Shown one piece after another: positions 60,545-64,000 of a stretch of DNA of 64,000 bases; within the stretch, counting starts at the first letter, position 1, and every line of letters begins with the position of its first letter. The stretch spans positions 3,364 through 67,363 of the forward strand of contig JBBABV010000002.1 of the NCBI GenBank assembly GCA_041657445.1. Direction: 5' to 3'. Position numbers and translations under genes: made by a program. The notes under the pieces were generated by a model. The model was not told the origin of the DNA. It saw only the letters and a list, made by a program, of their open reading frames with translations, and searched no databases. Source of the DNA: Minisyncoccota bacterium (lineage in GTDB: Bacteria; Patescibacteriota; Minisyncoccia; Phycocordibacterales; UBA9973).

Positions 60545-60917
60545 CTCTTTGTTAACTGCATATCGCTATGCAGGACGGACTATACATTCATCCTTTTTAG
60601 GATGGCTGGTTTGTAGTCTCTACGGGTGATCTATTTAATATAAGTAACAAATATTACTATTAAAAGAAAGAAAATTTTGATTATCTCTAATTTCTTCTAA
60701 CAACTTAATAATTTTTTCATTATTATCCGTGCACTATATTATAGTCTTTCCCTCGGTGTTGTCCACTTGGGATTTCACCGATATTCCCAACTTTTTTCAA
60801 TCACGATTGATCGTGAAAGCCCCCCTTGTATTTATTTTTTCTGCAGGTGGATTATACCTGCCTGAGGCTGCAAAGTTCGAGGATTCGAATAAAATAAAAT
60901 CTTATTTCAAGTCCTCG
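60545..60917 (-). ncRNA. Group I intron at 23S position 2262, no ORF
   Basis: Exons GTACCCT|CCTAAA; IGS AAGGGGG; ATCGGTGAA, ACACCGAG, GAGACTA, ATAGTCC. Confidence 0.88.
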
Positions 60918-61228
60918 AGGGTACAGCCCCAGTAAAACTATCCACCAGATACTGTCTCAATGCGTTTTTTCCGCACAGGTTAGAACATGCCTTCAAAAAG
61001 AATGGTATTTCACTGTTGAGTAGATTTCAGCCGAAACCGAAAACATCAGACCTCTCCCATCTATTCTACGCAGTTTAAAAACATGCTCAATATCAAGTTA
61101 TAGTAAAGCTTCTAGGGTCTTTTCGTCTAACTGCACTTAACCGGCATCTTCACCGGTATTGTATTTTCACCGAGCTGGTCCCCGAGACAGTTCTCCGGTC
61201 ATTACACCATTCGTGCGCGTCGGAACTT

Positions 61229-61971
61229 CATGTATTTACATTACTTAATCTCCAAAAATGGAGAGCAAAACCCACTATTACTAGTGGCACAGACTATATC
61301 TTCATCTCAATGCATTTTGAATATCTTTCTTTGAATACTTTCTTTTTCCACTTGGATTCATTTGAAAAACTAAATCTAAAATCTTTTTTAATCCGTTCTT
61401 ATTCTTGTGCATATTTTTTTGCATAAGAAAACAAACTTCTTTAAAACGATTAAAGTCATTCTGTTTCTCTGAAATCAAAGGGTGTTTTTCAAAATGAGGA
61501 ATTATTTTACTGATTAGGTTTTCCAAACTTCTCACTTCATATTTAAGTGTTTTGTCTGAATAATCTCTTCTGATAAAACCACATTGAAAAATGTTTTGCA
61601 TCAGGAAAAGAATTTGTGCTCTATCTTCATTTTGACTGACAGAAAAACTTGGTTTGGTTTCCCAGCCCAGAGTTAGTTTGTCTCGCTTTGAAAAAGAAAC
61701 ACTAAAGCATCCTTCTCCATCCACATATCCTGAAATATATTCTTGTATATTATGCTTTTTTATATTGAGAGCCGGCATGTTATAGATTATAACAATAATC
61801 TATCTAGGTCGCCACTATACAGAGGCGACCTAAGTCGTTACGGGGTCACTATAATTTGATTATAGGACTTCCCACGGTATTGTCCTTAATTACTTTCGCA
61901 CTTTCATTAAGGATTCCACCGTTATAAGCCGGATTTAATCCGAAAATCACTCTTCGGATGGGCAGTTCTCT
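61229..61971 (-). ncRNA. Group I intron at 23S position 1951 with homing endonuclease gene
   Basis: Exons CGGGT|AAGTTCC; P1 GGGT/GCCC; terminal G. Confidence 0.9.
61302..61778 (-). CDS. Intron-encoded single-motif LAGLIDADG endonuclease
   Basis: YISGYVDGEGCF, FSVSQ, IIPHFEKHPL. Confidence 0.93.
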   Translation of the reverse strand: MPALNIKKHNIQEYISGYVDGEGCFSVSFSKRDKLTLGWETKPSFSVSQNEDRAQILFLMQNIFQCGFIRRDYSDKTLKYEVRSLENLISKIIPHFEKHPLISEKQNDFNRFKEVCFLMQKNMHKNKNGLKKILDLVFQMNPSGKRKYSKKDIQNALR

Positions 61972-61991
61972 ACCCGACAAGGTATTTCGCT

Positions 61992-62205
61992 CTAGTCACC
62001 TGTAAAAACTAGGACTCTATCTTCATCCTCTTTCGTAAGAAAGTAGGATGCATGGCGTTGGTCTCTTGTTAACCATGATTGGATTCTCATACATTACTGC
62101 ATAAGTAGGTAGCGTTTTTGTGTAATTTTTCTGTTTACTTTTCCTACAACAGTCCCAATCCTTTTTGACTCATTATTACAACACATATTGTAAAATATGT
62201 CAAAA
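61992..62205 (-). ncRNA. Degenerate group I-derived intron at 23S position 1931 lacking P4-P6
   Basis: Exons CTAAGGT|AGCGAAA; terminal G; P2, P3, P8, P9 and J8/7 recognisable; P/Q elements absent. Confidence 0.75.
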
Positions 62206-62240
<35 letters not shown>

Positions 62241-62980
62241 CAGGGCTTATATCAGTCTGCATATCACATTGCTGTAATACACCGCCGATATTTGACCTTC
62301 TGGCATTGGTCAGGTGTCACCCCCTATACATCCTCTTACCGAGTTCGCAGGGAGCTGTGTTTTTGGTAAACAGTTGCCAGAGATACTTTCGCTGCGGCCC
62401 TCTAAATAAATAGAGGGCAAGCCTTATCCCGAAGTTACGGCTGCTTTTTTGCCGAGTTCCTTGGGGACCACTCACTCGTTCGTCTTGGTCTACTCGACCT
62501 GATCACCTGTGTCGGTTTGCGGTACGGATTCTATATTCATAAGTTTAGAGATTTTTCTTGGAAGTGTGCTTTGCATTATCATCCTCAGCCGAAACTGAAA
62601 ACTTTTCATTTCTCTTGGAATTGCTATTTAAAGCAGTGTACGGATTTACCTATACAACATCCTTAAGAAACAAACTTCAAATCCAATAATGAGCAATGCA
62701 TACTACACTCCGTCATCCCATCACAAAATACAGAAGTCAGGGAATATTAACCCTGTGTCCATCGGGTACGGATTTCTCCATCCCCTTAGGCCCGACTAAC
62801 CCTTGGCTGATTGACATTACCAAGGAAACCTTGATCTTTCGACGGTGGGCGTTCTCAACCCACTTGCGGTTACTTGTGCCAACATTCTTACTTCCACACA
62901 CTCCAGAGGCCCTCACGGGTCCTCCTTCACTGCTTTGGATTGCTCTCACGAACAATCCGAGTGGAACACTCTCCTACCAC

Positions 62981-63324
62981 TCGTGAACTTCATAGAGGAG
63001 CCAACAATAATTATATTGTTGGCAGAAAAATTAAATAATTTCGGTTGGGGTGAAACATTTTAAATGCTTGATTAATGTTCCACATCCTAAAGTGATCTCT
63101 CCAATACAAGAGAGCGAGCTCAAGAATTTGAGCACTTTAGAACTCAAAAATACAATAGAAAAAAATTAGCATTCTGTTTTGTATTTCTGACCCAAAACTT
63201 AATAAAGAACAAATAACTGAGGCTGACTGTAAATTTTACAGTTTTTCTCCTTTTCCCAATAGGAGAACTTCAATACAATATCAGCCAGCCTTCAGCAAAA
63301 ACATTTCCTCTATGAAATTCACGA
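62981..63324 (-). other. Structured intervening/expansion sequence in 23S helix 45
   Basis: Closing stem TCGTGAACTTCATAGAGG/CCTCTATGAAATTCACGA enclosing many hairpins; no group I core, no long ORF. Confidence 0.8.
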
Positions 63325-64000
63325 ATCCTCAAATTCGGTATCATACTTAGCCCCAATTATTTTCGACGCAAAATCTCTGGATGAGTGAGCTGTTACGCTA
63401 TCTTTAAAGGATGGCTGCTTCTAAGCCAACCTCCTCATTGTCAGAGAAATTTCACCTTCTTATTTTACACTTAGTATGAATTTAGGGACCTTATTTAGAG
63501 ATCTGGGCTGTTTCCCTTTTCACCTGTGGAGCTTAGCCCCCACGGTGTAACTGCCGTGCTTTAACTTCTGGTATTCGGAGTTTGATAGGTTTCGCGAGAT
63601 TGCTCCCTGTCGAAACCTTCCAGTGCTCTACCCCCAGAAAGAAACACACGACGCTAGCCCTAAAGCTATTTCGGAGAGAACCAGCTATTACCAGGTTCGA
63701 TTAGCTTTTCACTCCTTACCACAAGTCATCCCAACGCGTTGTACGACGAACGGGTTCGGACCTCCATTTCACTTTCGCAAAACTTCATCCTGCTCATGGC
63801 AAGCTCACCTGGCTTCGGGTCTTATGCATACTACTTAATCGCGCTATTAACACTCGGTTTCCCTGTGGCTTCATGGTTCTCCCATTTAACCTTGCAGTAT
63901 GAATAAACTCGTTGGCTCATTCTTCAATAGGCACGCCGTAGCAGAGTAAACTCTGCATCGACTCCTTGTAGACATATGGTTTCAGGTCTATTTCACCGCC

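Noticed and set aside
62696-63838. ORFs listed within the 23S region
   Set aside because: Chance frames overlapping conserved rRNA

Overview
AT-rich genome using the standard bacterial code (TGA is used as a stop), with the hallmarks of a Patescibacteria/CPR bacterium, probably Parcubacteria (inference from gene content and RNA introns). Left to right: (1) 1-7.8 kb, hisS plus a complete histidine operon with a short HisG and a HisA-HisF fusion. (2) 7.9-21.6 kb, an island bounded by an 18-bp direct repeat overlapping the tRNA-Gln 3' end. It carries a LexA-headed CBASS operon (LexA, unknown gene, CdnE-like CD-NTase, Cap15), a capsid-less ParB-methylase/terminase/serine-recombinase module and a type III R-M system. 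(3) 21.9-37.7 kb, transport, two-component and lower-glycolysis genes, a putative B12 uptake pair, a structured RNA leader, and an RR-HK-isoprenoid-synthase-like-zinc-ribbon module. (4) 37.7-57.6 kb, core genes (pyrG, ftsEX, prfB, dapF, gatCA, htpX, lemA, secDF, folD, rodA, pilins) and a tRNA cluster in which tRNA-Asp and tRNA-fMet carry group I introns. (5) 57.8-64 kb, a candidate sRNA, 5S rRNA and a partial 23S rRNA. The 23S has six group I intron insertions (two with LAGLIDADG genes, one lacking the whole P4-P6 domain) and a large structured helix-45 insertion. All calls come from reading motifs by eye; no database searches were run.
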